Assembly (NCBI GenBank): GCA_030265395.1
Contig: JARFYF010000064.1
Coordinates: 23,114,785 to 23,178,784 of the forward strand
Length of the DNA: 64,000 bases
Source: Rhina ancylostomus
Lineage: Eukaryota
Reading direction: 5' to 3'
Part shown: one piece after another, positions 1 through 64,000 of the stretch
How the letters are laid out: every line of letters starts with the position of its first letter
Position numbering within the stretch: the first letter of the stretch is position 1
Program-made: the position numbers and the translations under genes
Notes under the pieces: generated by a model
The model's input: the letters and a program-made list of their open reading frames with translations, nothing else
Databases searched by the model: none
Told to the model about the DNA's origin: nothing

Positions 1-1225
1 TTTTCTCCATGGACGCTGCCTGGCCTGCCGAGTTCCTCCAGCAGCATCGTGTTTTTCATCCAGATTCCAGCATCTGCAGTCCTTTGTTTCTCTACAGTTA
101 CTGGAAACCTGAAATAAAGGAGAATGCTGGAAATACCCAACAGGTCAGGCAGCATCTGTGGAGAGAGAAAAAAATTGAGTTAATGTTACAGGCTGATGAC
201 CTTCCACCAGAGCTAGCCAGTTCCGATACAAACCGGAAAGGCTGGTTATCTGAAATTATTGAATTCAATTTTGAGTTCTGATGGCTGTAAAATGCCTGCA
301 CAGAAAATCAGTTGCAGTTCCTCAGGCTTACATTGGGCTTTGTTAGAACAGCATAAGAGTCCAAAGACACGTCATGGTGGGGGTGGAGAATTAGTGACCG
401 GCAACTAGAAGTTCAAAAGGCTACCTTTGTGAACTGACCAGAGCTGTTGTCCAAAACAGACACCGAATCTGGTACTGGGTGATCACATCGTGAGCACCAA
501 CTGTAGTACACTAAACCGAAAGTACAACTGAATTACACCTTGGAGTATTTGTGCCACTGGATGGTGGGAAGAGAAGAGGTTAAAGAGAAGGTATTACCCC
601 TTTTCCACCACCCACAAACCCAAGGGTGACCCTGAGCTTCCATTGTTTGTCATGTTAATTCTCCATCGCATTCTATCTTTGTCCTCTTACACTGTTCCAA
701 CAAATCCCAATGTACATTCAGGGAAAAGAACTGATCTTCCATGCAGACACATGACAGCCTTCAACACTCCACAGAGTNNNNNNNNNNNNNNNNNNNNNNN
801 NNNNNNNNNNNNNNNNNNNNNNNNNNNNNNNNNNNNNNNNNNNNNNNNNNNNNNNNNNNNNNNNNNNNNNNNNNNNNNNNNNCTACCCTGTTGAGAGTTT
901 CCAGAGTTCTCTTTTATTTCAGATTTCCAGCAACTGCAATGTTTTGTATCACACAGTTCCAACACGGGGTTTTCACTCTCTCTTTCGATTATCTCCTTTC
1001 AATTACAGTTGCTTCAGACAGATAAGCTGGAGTTAACATGCTGTCACCACCCTTTCCCAGCTAGCAGTACCATTTGACCAGTGTGTCTTGGTCTCCACCT
1101 TATTCATGGACACCCCCCGATCTCTCCATCCAACATGCTGTTTTCCTAACTTTACCAGGCTCTGATGATCTGAAACTTTAACTCTGTTTCTTCATAGATG
1201 CAACCTGATCTAATTCCATAATATT
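1..1225. mobile_element. Penelope-like fragments in both orientations
   Basis: Terminal repeat at 1-92 (+), 3' end with GIY-YIG C-terminal remnant at 95-760 (-), 3' part at 885-1225 (+). Confidence 0.65.
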
Positions 1226-2361
1226 GCTTTTTTTAAAACAAAGTTCAGATTTAGAAGATCTACATGTCTGTTCAAATTGGCATAAGAGATCCCATGACAC
1301 CATGCAGAGAACTGCACAAAGTTCTAAGTTCAATGCTCTAGCCAATAATCTTGCCAACACCAAAAACAAGTGATCCAGTCGGTGATTCATTTGATGTTGC
1401 TGGACTCGTGTTCAAAACATTTATATACATAATATACATATACACAGAACAGTGACTGCACATCATAAAGCAATTCACTGACTGAAAACTTCAAATATCC
1501 AGTTGAAGTGATAAGGTGCTACATAAATTCAAGTTCCTCATGTTGTTACTGGGATTTATGAATAGAATAATAATGGTGGTATGAAATTTGCAACTTCTGC
1601 CTGTTTGACCATTGAAGGAAAACCAGCCACAAGTAGTGATCACTGTCAGCATGGACACCAGGATGAATTATGGGCAGTGAAGTGATCATGGTGTGACACT
1701 GAACCTTTGCCTTAAATGGCTCTTCCCATAACCTAAACCAAATCTAGCCTTAACTGCACTGAAAATTCTGGTGTCCCAAGTTTAAAATTTGTAACTTGAT
1801 AATCTATAAATTCACAAAGGTGAACAAATAGAGAATCTAACTTCTGCATATTCAGAATGTTTCTCTGTATCCAGTTCTTAATTATTACTTGGAATAATAT
1901 TATCCACGTTATTATAAGTCGTTAAATGAGCTAACTTAAACACCCCCAGATGACCAAACTGACCAAAAGAAATCAGGTGATCCAATAGTGAATTACAAAT
2001 AGTTTGGTATTTTGGGACCAAAATAGTAATTGTAATGAAATGGAAGGTATCACAGATTTAACCTTACAGCATGCAGTTTTAAAGCTTTTCCCACATGAGG
2101 TAGGTAGCAATATTTTCTCAACATTAAATATCAGAGAAGCTCAACATAAATATTTTTCTTTTAAGTCAATGCCACTGACTAAAATGGAAACATTTCAGTA
2201 TTAATCCTGCATAGATGAAAACTGAAAGTTATTGTACTGTAAAGAATGTTTTGTTAACTTTTATAAGATTTGTCACGGATAATTTAAGTTTTACTCATAA
2301 AATTAAATCAACAGTTGCCACATCGCTGATAAAACATACAGCAATGGACTGGCAGGAATAT

Positions 2362-54984
<52,623 letters not shown>

Positions 54985-55101
54985 CTTCAGTCTGCAACAG
55001 AAGCAGAGTGAACACTGACACACACCACAGCATCTAGAACTGATTACAGGAGAATGGGATGTACAGGCTTTGAATAACTTAGTAAACAAAATAAAGAAAA
55101 T

Positions 55102-55357
55102 AGGGTGGCACGGGAGCATAGCAGTTACCGTGACACTATTACAGCACCAGCGATTGGGGTTCGATTCCCATTGCTGTCTGTAAGGAGTTTGTACATTCTC
55201 CCACGTCTGTGTGGGTTTCCTCCGGGTGCTCCGGTTTCCTCCCACATTCTAAAGACGTACAGGTAGGTTAATATGGGGTTTAAAATGGGCAGTGCAGACT
55301 CATTGGGCCATAAGGGCCTGTTACCACACTGTAAGTAAAATTTAAAATTAAAAAAAA
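55102..55357 (+). mobile_element. HE1/V-SINE-like tRNA-derived SINE
   Basis: A-box-like 5' end, B box ggttcgattccc, V-domain gggtttcctccgggtgctccggtttcctcccaca and an A-rich tail. Confidence 0.85.
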
Positions 55358-55734
55358 TGTAGAATCCTGTGGATGCAGCACATTTAGATTTTCAGAAGAG
55401 TGTCAATAAGATCCCACACAGTTTGTCAACAAAGTTAGAGCCTGTGGAATGGGGTAATGTGTTGGAATGGACTGAGAAGTAGTTAACAGGCAGAAAGCAA
55501 AGTTTGGGAATAAACAATGTATCACAGAATGGCAGGCGGTGACTGGCAGGGCAGAACAAGGCACGTGGAATGTAATGTGGAAAAATGTCAGGTCATCTAC
55601 TTTGGTGGACGTCACAGAAAAGCATTGTGTTTTTTTAAAATTGTGACAGATTGAGAAATGTTGATGTTGAAAGAGACCCGAATGTACTCATTCAGAAGTC
55701 ACTGAAAGCAAACATGCAGACGTGGCAAGTAATG

Positions 55735-55908
55735 GAGAGACAAGAGACTGCAGGTGCTGGAGCAAAGAACAAACTGCTGCAAGAACTCAGCGGGTCAGGC
55801 AGCATCTGTGAAGGCAGAGGATTAGTCGATGTTTTGGGTTGAGACCCTGCATCAGCCTCCACAGATGCTGTCTGACCCACTGAGTTCCTCCAGCACCTTG
55901 TTGTTTGG
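55735..55908. mobile_element. Palindromic Penelope-derived element inserted in a CR1 fragment (55405-56030)
   Basis: gagacaagagactgcaggtgctgg...ggcagcatctgtg / cacagatgctgtctgacccactgagttcctccagca. Confidence 0.75.
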
Positions 55909-56167
55909 AGCAGCAAGCCAATAAGGGGGCAAATGAAGAATTAGCCTTTATTATAAGAGGATGTGAGTACAAGTGTAACAATGTCAAACTACAAACGTAC
56001 AACGCTTTTGGTGAGACCACCTCCAAATTACTACGCAGACACAAGAGACTGCAGATGCTGGAATCTGGAGCAACAATCAATCTGCTGAGGAACTCAATGG
56101 GTTGAGCAGCATCTGTGGGAGGGAAGGAATTATCAATGTTTTGGGTCCTAATGCAGGGTCCCGAAAC

Positions 56168-56645
56168 TAACTCAACATCAACAAGACTAAGGAATTGATT
56201 ATTAACTTCAGGAAGGGGAAGTTGGGAGAACACACACCAGTCCTCACTGAGGGGTCAGTGATGGAAAGGGTGGGCAGTTTCAAATTCCTGGGTGTCAACA
56301 TCTCAGAGGATCTATCCTGGGCCCAACACACTGATGCAATCATGAAGAAGGCACGCCAGCGGCTCCAGCTCAGTAGGAGTTTGAGGAGATTCGGTACTTC
56401 AAGAGGTGATGCCTCAAGAAAACAGCATCCGTCATTAAGGACCCTCACCACCCGGGATATGCCCTCTTCTTGTTACTACCGTCGGGGAGGAGGTACAGGA
56501 TCCTGAAGACCCACACTCAATGATTCAGGAACAGCTTCTTCCCCTCCACCATCAGATGTCTGAACGGTCCGTGAACAATTCCTCTTTGCCCTAATTACTT
56601 ATGTTTGTAACTTATGTAATTTCTGTGTCTTGCACTGTGCTGCCC
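56168..56645 (+). mobile_element. Rex1-like LINE fragment
   Basis: NINKTKELIINFRK..VERVGSFKFLGVNISEDLSWAQHTDAIMKKARQRL. Confidence 0.85.
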
Positions 56646-56749
56646 TGATTACTGAAAGGTCAACCATTCCTCCCCCACAGATGCTGCCCGGCTCGCTGAG
56701 ACCCTCGGGTATACTGTTGCCGGATCACCGGCTGGGACCCCCGCCCAGG

Positions 56750-56916
56750 ACACCCCTCACCCCACCTGGTCCCCTCACCCCCCGGGACCCCCCTCACCCC
56801 ACCTGGTCCCCGGGGGTCCCCTCATCCTCCGGGACCCCCCTCACCCCACCTGGTCCCCTCACCCCCCGGGACCCCCCTCACCCCACCTGGTCCCCTCACC
56901 CCCCGGGACCCCCCTC
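56750..56916. repeat. 37-bp C-rich minisatellite running into an assembly gap
   Basis: Unit tcaccccacctggtcccctcaccccccgggacccccc recurs at 56757, 56794, 56841 and 56878 (one 47-bp variant). Confidence 0.9.
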
Positions 56917-57901
56917 NNNNNNNNNNNNNNNNNNNNNNNNNNNNNNNNNNNNNNNNNNNNNNNNNNNNNNNNNNNNNNNNNNNNNNNNNNNNNNNNNNNN
57001 NNNNNNNNNNNNNNNNNNNNNNNNNNNNNNNNNNNNNNNNNNNNNNNNNNNNNNNNNNNNNNNNNNNNNNNNNNNNNNNNNNNNNNNNNNNNNNNNNNNN
57101 NNNNNNNNNNNNNNNNNNNNNNNNNNNNNNNNNNNNNNNNNNNNNNNNNNNNNNNNNNNNNNNNNNNNNNNNNNNNNNNNNNNNNNNNNNNNNNNNNNNN
57201 NNNNNNNNNNNNNNNNNNNNNNNNNNNNNNNNNNNNNNNNNNNNNNNNNNNNNNNNNNNNNNNNNNNNNNNNNNNNNNNNNNNNNNNNNNNNNNNNNNNN
57301 NNNNNNNNNNNNNNNNNNNNNNNNNNNNNNNNNNNNNNNNNNNNNNNNNNNNNNNNNNNNNNNNNNNNNNNNNNNNNNNNNNNNNNNNNNNNNNNNNNNN
57401 NNNNNNNNNNNNNNNNNNNNNNNNNNNNNNNNNNNNNNNNNNNNNNNNNNNNNNNNNNNNNNNNNNNNNNNNNNNNNNNNNNNNNNNNNNNNNNNNNNNN
57501 NNNNNNNNNNNNNNNNNNNNNNNNNNNNNNNNNNNNNNNNNNNNNNNNNNNNNNNNNNNNNNNNNNNNNNNNNNNNNNNNNNNNNNNNNNNNNNNNNNNN
57601 NNNNNNNNNNNNNNNNNNNNNNNNNNNNNNNNNNNNNNNNNNNNNNNNNNNACCCGCCGGAGCGGAGGACAATCCCACCACAGCGCCACCGCGATGAAAA
57701 TGCTCTCCGCACCGAATCTCTGGCGATGGAGGATAATTCACACTATAGCGACACCTGCCGGAGTGGAGGCCAATCTCTGCCGCTTCTATACCTCTCGGCC
57801 AGAGGACAATGTCCTTCCCCCCGGCCCAACGATCAGAGGCGGCATCTGTAGGAGGGGGGCGGCAACTGGCCCATCACAGCGAAACCTGCAGGAAAGCTGC
57901 A

Positions 57902-58085
57902 GCCGGAGGACAATCTACAACCTCCCTCTGCAGCGACACCTGCGGGCCGGAGGACAATCTACAACCTCCCTCCGCAGCGACACCTGCCGGGCCGGACGAC
58001 AATCTACAACCTCCCTCTGCAGCGACACCTGCCGGGCCGGACGACAATCTACAACCTCCCTCTGCAGCGACACCTGCCGGGCCGG
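57902..58085. repeat. 45-bp tandem repeat, 4 copies (plus degenerate copies back to ~57655), each with a CTCF-like motif
   Basis: Unit gccgga(g/c)gacaatctacaacctccctctgcagcgacacctgccgg starts at 57902, 57946, 57991 and 58036. Confidence 0.92.
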
Positions 58086-58166
58086 ATGTTGATATTGAAA
58101 ATTAAAGCTCCACAGATGCAGGAAACCTGAGATAAAAGCCGAGGGTGCTGGAGATACCCAGTGGCT

Positions 58167-58250
58167 CAGGTGGGTTAATTTGGGGGTTAAAATGGGGGGC
58201 GCGGACTCGTTGGGCCGGAAGGGTCTGTTACCACGCTGTAAATAGCATTT
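58167..58250 (+). mobile_element. 3' fragment of the HE1-like SINE inside the CpG island
   Basis: Aligns by eye to 55260-55340. Confidence 0.7.
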
Positions 58251-58809
58251 TAAAAGCAGAGTCCTGGTTCCAGGTTCTGGGACGTTTCACCAGACCCCGA
58301 CTCACCTCCGCGGTCTCTGCAGCCAACGGGTCCCACCTGGTGTCGCTCTGCTCTCATCTCAGGGTCATAATTTCTAAAGAAGTGTTCATTCTGCTTAAAT
58401 ATATGACTTCACTGTGATTAAATTATGTTACAATCTGCACTTGTTTCAGATTTCCTTTCCCTTTGTGAACACAAAACTGACAACCAGTATTTCTTGGATT
58501 TGACAATCTCCAGTTTTGGACTGACAGTGATAAAGCCCCGAGATTTCCACTCTGGCTCCTTCCGTCTGTTGTTGGACAAGCTCCATAGGATAGTCCAGTT
58601 CAGAGACGGAGCCTCTGTGAATTGAAGATCCGTTTCCATGTTACAATTGGGTAACGAAAGATAAACATCCCCTTCTAAATGATCTGAAGGCTTCCGAACA
58701 GCAGAGTCATTGAGTGGGAGCTTGGGGCAAGGAGATCGATGATGAAACCCCTGGAAATGGTCCACCCAGGGGTGGCAACACCAGGCCATCAACCTCCTCT
58801 TGCAGATGC

Positions 58810-59740
58810 CCTCAGCCCCCTGCTCTACACCCTACACACTCACGACTGCATGGCCAGGTGCTGCTCTAACCCCTTCTACAAGTTTGCAGATGACACCACC
58901 GTTGTTGGCCATGTCTCAAAGAGCGATGAGTCGGAGTACAGGAAAGAGATAGAGAGTTTAGTGGAATGGTGTCATGACAGCAACCTGTCCTTCAATGTCA
59001 ATAAAACGAAAGAGCTGGTCATTGACTTCAGGAAAGGGGGTAGTGTACATGCACCTGTCTACATCAATGGTGCTGAGGTCGAGAGGATTAAGAGCTTCAA
59101 GTTCCAAGGAGTGAACATCACCAATAGTCCAACCATGTAGATGCCACGGCCAAGAAAGCTCACCAGTGGCTCTCCTTCCTCAGGAGGCTAAAGAAATTTG
59201 GCATCTCCCCTTTGACCTTCACCAAATTTTATAGATGCACGATAGAAAATATTCTATCCAGAAGCATCCCGGCTTGGTACGGCAACTGCTCTGCCCAGGA
59301 CTGCAAGAAACTGCAGAGAGTGTGGGCGCAGCCCAGTGCATCACAGACACCAGCCTCCCCTCCTTGGACTTTGTCAATACTTCTTGCTGCCTTAATAAAG
59401 NNNNNNNNNNNNNNNNNNNNNNNNNNNNNNNNNNNNNNNNNNNNNNNNNNNNNNNNNNNNNNNNNNNNNNNNNNNNNNNNNNNNNNNNNNNNNNNNNNNN
59501 NNNNNNNNNNNNNNNNNNNNNNNNNNNNNNNNNNNNNNNNNNNNNNNNNNNNNNNNNNNNNNNNNNNNNCTGCACTTTCTCTGTAACTGTAACACTTTAT
59601 TCTGCATTCTGTTATTGCTTTTCCCTTGTACTACCTCAGTGCACTGTTATAATGAAATTATCTGTATGGGTGGCATGCAAAACAAAGTTTTTCACTGAAC
59701 CTCCATACATGTGACAATAATAAACCAATTCCAATTCCAA
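58810..59740 (+). mobile_element. Rex1/Babar-like LINE 3' portion
   Basis: LSPLLYTLHTHDC..KFADDTTVVG..NLSFNVNKTKELVIDFRK; FYRCTIENILS; ends aataaaccaattccaattcc. Confidence 0.88.
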
Positions 59741-62700
59741 TGTGGAGGGGCAGTCCACAAATCCTACACTAATTCACTTCTCATTGAAGGAACAGCACAC
59801 TTGTTGTAAGAGATCCTCATGCACTGAGTCTTGAGGGTTGTTATTATGTTGACAAGATCACAGTGCAAAACTGTGCATTGTTCAACATTAATTGGCAATA
59901 TGTCCATACTCCCTAACTGATAACTGCAGTGAACTGGGTGGGTAAATATTCAAATTGGAGACAGGGCTAGAGAATTCATCTCTTGGCACAGGGCTTATTC
60001 CAAGAATACTTTCCAGGATATGGCACTTTGAACCTGATGTATGTTGTGTTTGTTCCGAACAACAGGCCGCCCGAATGAAACGTAGATCTGTTACAGGGCG
60101 ATGATCCGCTGCCTCTTCATCAATGGAACAGATTCCCAAATAGTTCAAATCATCAGGATGGGCAAAGCATTTGTTATTTCTGCGGTACATTTTCTCAGCT
60201 CTGCCAGATTAGTGACATTGGCAGTTTAAAGGCACGGCCTTGATATTGCTCTGAAATCTCTCTCCATCTTGTAGGTGCGGGGGTAAGTTGTGTGTGCTCT
60301 GTACCCAGCAGCACCTCCAGAAATGGGCAGCACAGAACTGCCAATGTTCAGTCCACCATGTGTGGGCACTGTGGTCAGCATGGACTGGCTGGCCAAAGGG
60401 CTGTTATCCGTGCTGTATTGCTCTGTGAGTCTATGACTCCGTACACCCCAGAACACACACTGTCCGCCTGGTATGTAATGCCCAACTTTCTCAACACTTA
60501 CTCCCGTTTCTGACCATAACTTTACTCCTTTTCACAATCTTGTCCTGCACCCCAGGAGCCTCCCCCTCTCCCAGTGACTCCCCTTTGTGCTTAACCCTCC
60601 CAGGTATTCAGGCACTACCTGTGGCCGAACATCTCACTGTCACTCAAAGTATCCCCTGCCTCTCTTCATATCCCTGCCCCAAACCTTCTTCTGTACTGAC
60701 AGAGACCCCACTGAACATATAACACTTTAATCTTTCCTTTTAACTCTTTGTCACATGTCTCAGCGAATACCTGAGGAAGGGTCCAGAGCTGAAATGTTGA
60801 CTGGTTTCTCTTCCCACACCTGCAGCCTGATTGGCTGAATTCTTCCAGCATTTTATGTTTTTTTACCCAGGAATGAATTTATTGGTTTATTATTGTCACT
60901 TGTAACGAAGTTCAGTGAAAACCTTGTTTTGCAAACCGATCGTACAGATCAATTCATTCCACAGTGCAGTTACGTTGAGTTAGTACAGAGTGCATTTAGG
61001 TAGTACAGGGTAAAAACAATAACAGAATACAGAGTAAAGTGTCGCAGCTACAGGGAAGTGCAGTGCAGGCAGACAATAAGGTGCAAGGTCACAACAAGGT
61101 AGATTGTGAGGTCAAGAGTCCATCTTATCATCTTAAGGGAACCATTTATGTTCATAGTGCTTTGCATTGTTGGTTCCACTTTTCTCTTGTTGCTGTCAGC
61201 TATTCACAGACTCTTGCAGCATGGAGGTGTTTAGATGGGTACATGGGAGGGGATGGATGGTGACATCTCGGGACTGAGCGAAAGGTCACACAGGGCAGCA
61301 ACACTGGCAGCCCAGGGGGACACAGGCTCCTGTGCTGGAGATCCCACCTCATTGTAATTCGATATTTTTCATCCTCAACCTTCCAGTCCTTCTGATTTCT
61401 GTTTGCATTTGATGCATTGTTGTTGAAACGACTGGCCGTTCACTGGCACATCTGCACAATATCACTGTCGCATCAGAGGGATGGGAATGTCAGGCAGGAG
61501 AAGCCCCAGTGGCCCAAGGACCTGGCTAGCATGGCTTGGGCAGCACAAATACACCTCTCCCCAGGAGGCCGAAGCACGGATTTTAAAAATTCCGGCTGGT
61601 TGGGGAAAAACTGGAACCACGCTTCCCAATACACCCTTCGGGCCTGGAAGCCGGTGCAGAAGGCTGCACCAATCTGACCATGAATCGCGGATCCCTCCGT
61701 CCAGCACACACCACCATCCACAGTTCGATTTGAAGCACAAGGGAGATGTGTTCTACAAAGCTCTGAAAACATCCAAAGTAATTTACTCCTAATCAGTATC
61801 CCAATAATTTCTGCATTATTTTCTTGTTACTTTGTTGTATTTACGCATTTGTACAAAAACACATAATCATATTGTATTCTGCTTTCTGTGTTTTATTTAA
61901 ATATATTGTTCAATTTGAGTGGAAAGTGCAAACTCTGTCAGTTCTATTATTTTATTACCCAGGTCATTATTTCTTCAATCTGCATCAATGTCAACTGCAA
62001 GATGATAATTTGCATTCTGCTGCCCTCTGTTGTCACATATCAAAACTACATCCTTCCTCTCTGATCAACTTCCAAATATTTCTGTTCATTGCAACAGAGC
62101 TGCTTTGAAAACTTTAGAGATCGGTGCAGAAGAACGATTTACCCACTTTGTAGAAACTGGTTGCCTCTCATCGCCATGATCGACAACGTATGGCCCGTGT
62201 CCACACCACAGTTCACACCTCAAGACAACACCACCATGACCACTATGATCACTTTGCTTTAAAATGGACTTTTTTTGTTCTAATTGTGTTTCTCATCTTA
62301 TAAAAATTGTGTATAATTTATATTTTTCTTGTGAGTCTTGTGTATCTGATGCCACGCACCTGTGATGCTGCTGCAAGTAAGTTTTTCATTGGACTCTGTA
62401 CTAACCCAATGTAATTGCACTGTGTAATGAATTGATCTGTACCATCGGTGTGCAAGACAAGTTTTTCACTGTACCTCGGTACAAGTGACAATAATAAACC
62501 GATACCAATGCATGTACTTGTGCATCTGACAATAAACTCGACCGTGGCTTTGGCCTTGACAAGGTTCCCTTTCTACAAGAACTGACTGCTAACAGAAACC
62601 TCGAGTAAGAGTCGACATCTCACAAACCAATCACTATTATTATTTTTTAAGATGTTAATTAACGGTTAATGGTGTGTCTGGTTGATTCTGGGGAGGGGTT

Positions 62701-64000
62701 GGGGTGGGGAGAAGGAGGAAGGTGGTCACGGACTGGGAAAGGTCCAGTGATTCTCCTCTGGTTTTTTCACAAGATCCTCCATTCTTTGCCAATATTACTA
62801 AAGTCTTCTCTTCTTTCCACAAGATTTTAATAGCATTAGACTCGTCAATAGCATTAAATTCACATGAATGTGATACTATCAGAATCAGAGTGCGTGAGAT
62901 GTAATAAAACAGGGTTATGAAATATATAAATCGGGTGATGGAATGTAATTAAATTAGCCATTGAAATGTTATAAAATTAGGCTGTAAAATAAAATAAAAC
63001 CTCGCAGTGCAGAGTAATGAAAACCGGGTAGTGAAATGTATTAAAATCAGATTATGAAATAAAGTCAATGCAAGGGGATTAATGGAACTCAGTGGAAGAG
63101 AGGATATTACATGAAATGAAATCAGAGAGCGGGTTCGTAAATTACTTGGGCTAAATCTGGAAACCACAAATAATCTGTGAAGTCAACAATAACAACAGAA
63201 AAACTATTATTTCTTTGTAATTTGAGGGTTGTTCATAGTCTGATGAAATTGCAGCAACCGTCTTCAGGCTTCCTCCAACACTGTTGTGTTGCTCTATGTA
63301 CCGGCCCAGTGATATCCTGGTGATTACAGGTTGCCTATCGCTCAGTAGATCAGCTGTTCATTTCCAACAGTGTGGATGCTGTTACAGATCAATAATCAGG
63401 AGCAATTTGACCATCAAGTTCAATGCTCCTGGTGTTGTCAGCTGTTAAACCAGTGCAACTACTCAAAGCCTACAGACACAAGAGGCTGCAGATGCTGAAA
63501 TCTGGAGCAAGATGCTGGAGGAACTCAACAGATCAGGCAGTATCTGTGCAGACAAATGGACAGTCAATGTTTCGGTGAAGGGTCTGGACCTGAAACATTG
63601 ACTATTTCCCTCCACAGATGCTGCCTGACCTCAGGAAGGCAACATCCATCATCAAGGATCCCCACCATTCAGGCCGTGCCATCTTCCCACAGCTCCCATN
63701 NNNNNNNNNNNNNNNNNNNNNNNNNNNNNNNNNNNNNNNNNNNNNNNNNNNNNNNNNNNNNNNNNNNNNNNNNNNNNNNNNNNNNNNNNNNNNNNNNNNC
63801 TGCATTTGGACCATATCCCTCTAAACCTTTCCTATCCAGATCTTTTATAAACATTGCCCAACATCTGTCATCAAAGATCCCCACGTGAAACTGTAGAGAG
63901 TAGTGGACTCAGCTCAGTACATCACAGACACATCCCTCCCCACCATTCAGGCCGTGCCATCTTCCCACAGCTCCCATCGGGCAGGAGGTACAGAAGCCTG

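Larger units (their letters stand above)
56690..58350. promoter_or_regulatory. CpG island / probable ERCC6 promoter and non-coding exon 1 region
   Basis: This is the only long GC- and CpG-rich stretch in a CpG-depleted window, 2-3 kb upstream of the first coding exon. There is a candidate donor GAG|gtgagt with the exon ending at 58306, but exon 1 may instead lie in the gap 56917-57651. Confidence 0.75.

Noticed and set aside
1420-1425. Poly(A) signal for ERCC6
   Set aside because: I saw only TATAAA variants on the minus strand of the putative 3' UTR, which is too weak to call without transcript data.
55102-55175. tRNA genes (also ~9750 and ~16030)
   Set aside because: The A/B boxes are SINE heads followed by a V-domain and tail, with no proper cloverleaf.
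54992-55245. N-terminal extension in ORF 54556-55245
   Set aside because: This is in-frame read-through into the intron and an antisense SINE. A strong acceptor at 54992-54994 precedes the real ATG.
57902-58085. CRISPR-like array
   Set aside because: The units are head-to-tail with no unique spacers, in a vertebrate context with no cas genes.
56630-58105. Long Pro/Gly-rich ORFs (276-355 aa) and repeat-encoded peptides
   Set aside because: These are products of N-runs and GC-rich tandem repeats that lack stop codons.
63660-63977. Direct duplication around the gap at 63700-63799
   Set aside because: These are Rex1-like 3' fragments near a gap, likely an assembly or repeat artefact.

Overview
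This is vertebrate genomic DNA from a gapped draft assembly. The repeat families (HE1/V-SINE-like SINEs, CR1/HER1-like, Rex1-like, Tx1-like and Penelope-like elements) point to a cartilaginous fish (shark or ray). The window holds an essentially complete ERCC6 (Cockayne syndrome B, SWI2/SNF2 ATPase) gene on the minus strand. It has 20 coding exons from ATG 54984 to TGA 2362 (about 1500 aa), which I delimited by hand from splice signals and reading frame. Exons are numbered as in human, and the non-coding exon 1 is not firmly located. A CpG island/promoter lies at about 56.7-58.35 kb. Main observations: (1) the widely conserved C-terminal PTWTG motif has decayed codon by codon to SSRNC, while the ATPase motifs, CSA-interaction motif and winged-helix/UBD are intact; (2) a 45-bp tandem repeat in the promoter carries an array of CTCF-like motifs, next to a single oppositely oriented site; (3) a G4-prone 37-bp minisatellite sits at the 5' end of the gene; (4) intron 7 is a GC-AG intron; (5) palindromic Penelope-derived elements have 13-17 bp target-site duplications and decayed hammerhead-ribozyme cores, and one encloses a CR1 fragment; (6) decayed coding-like sequence lies upstream of the gene. 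Repeat boundaries are approximate and family names come from recognition, not database searches.
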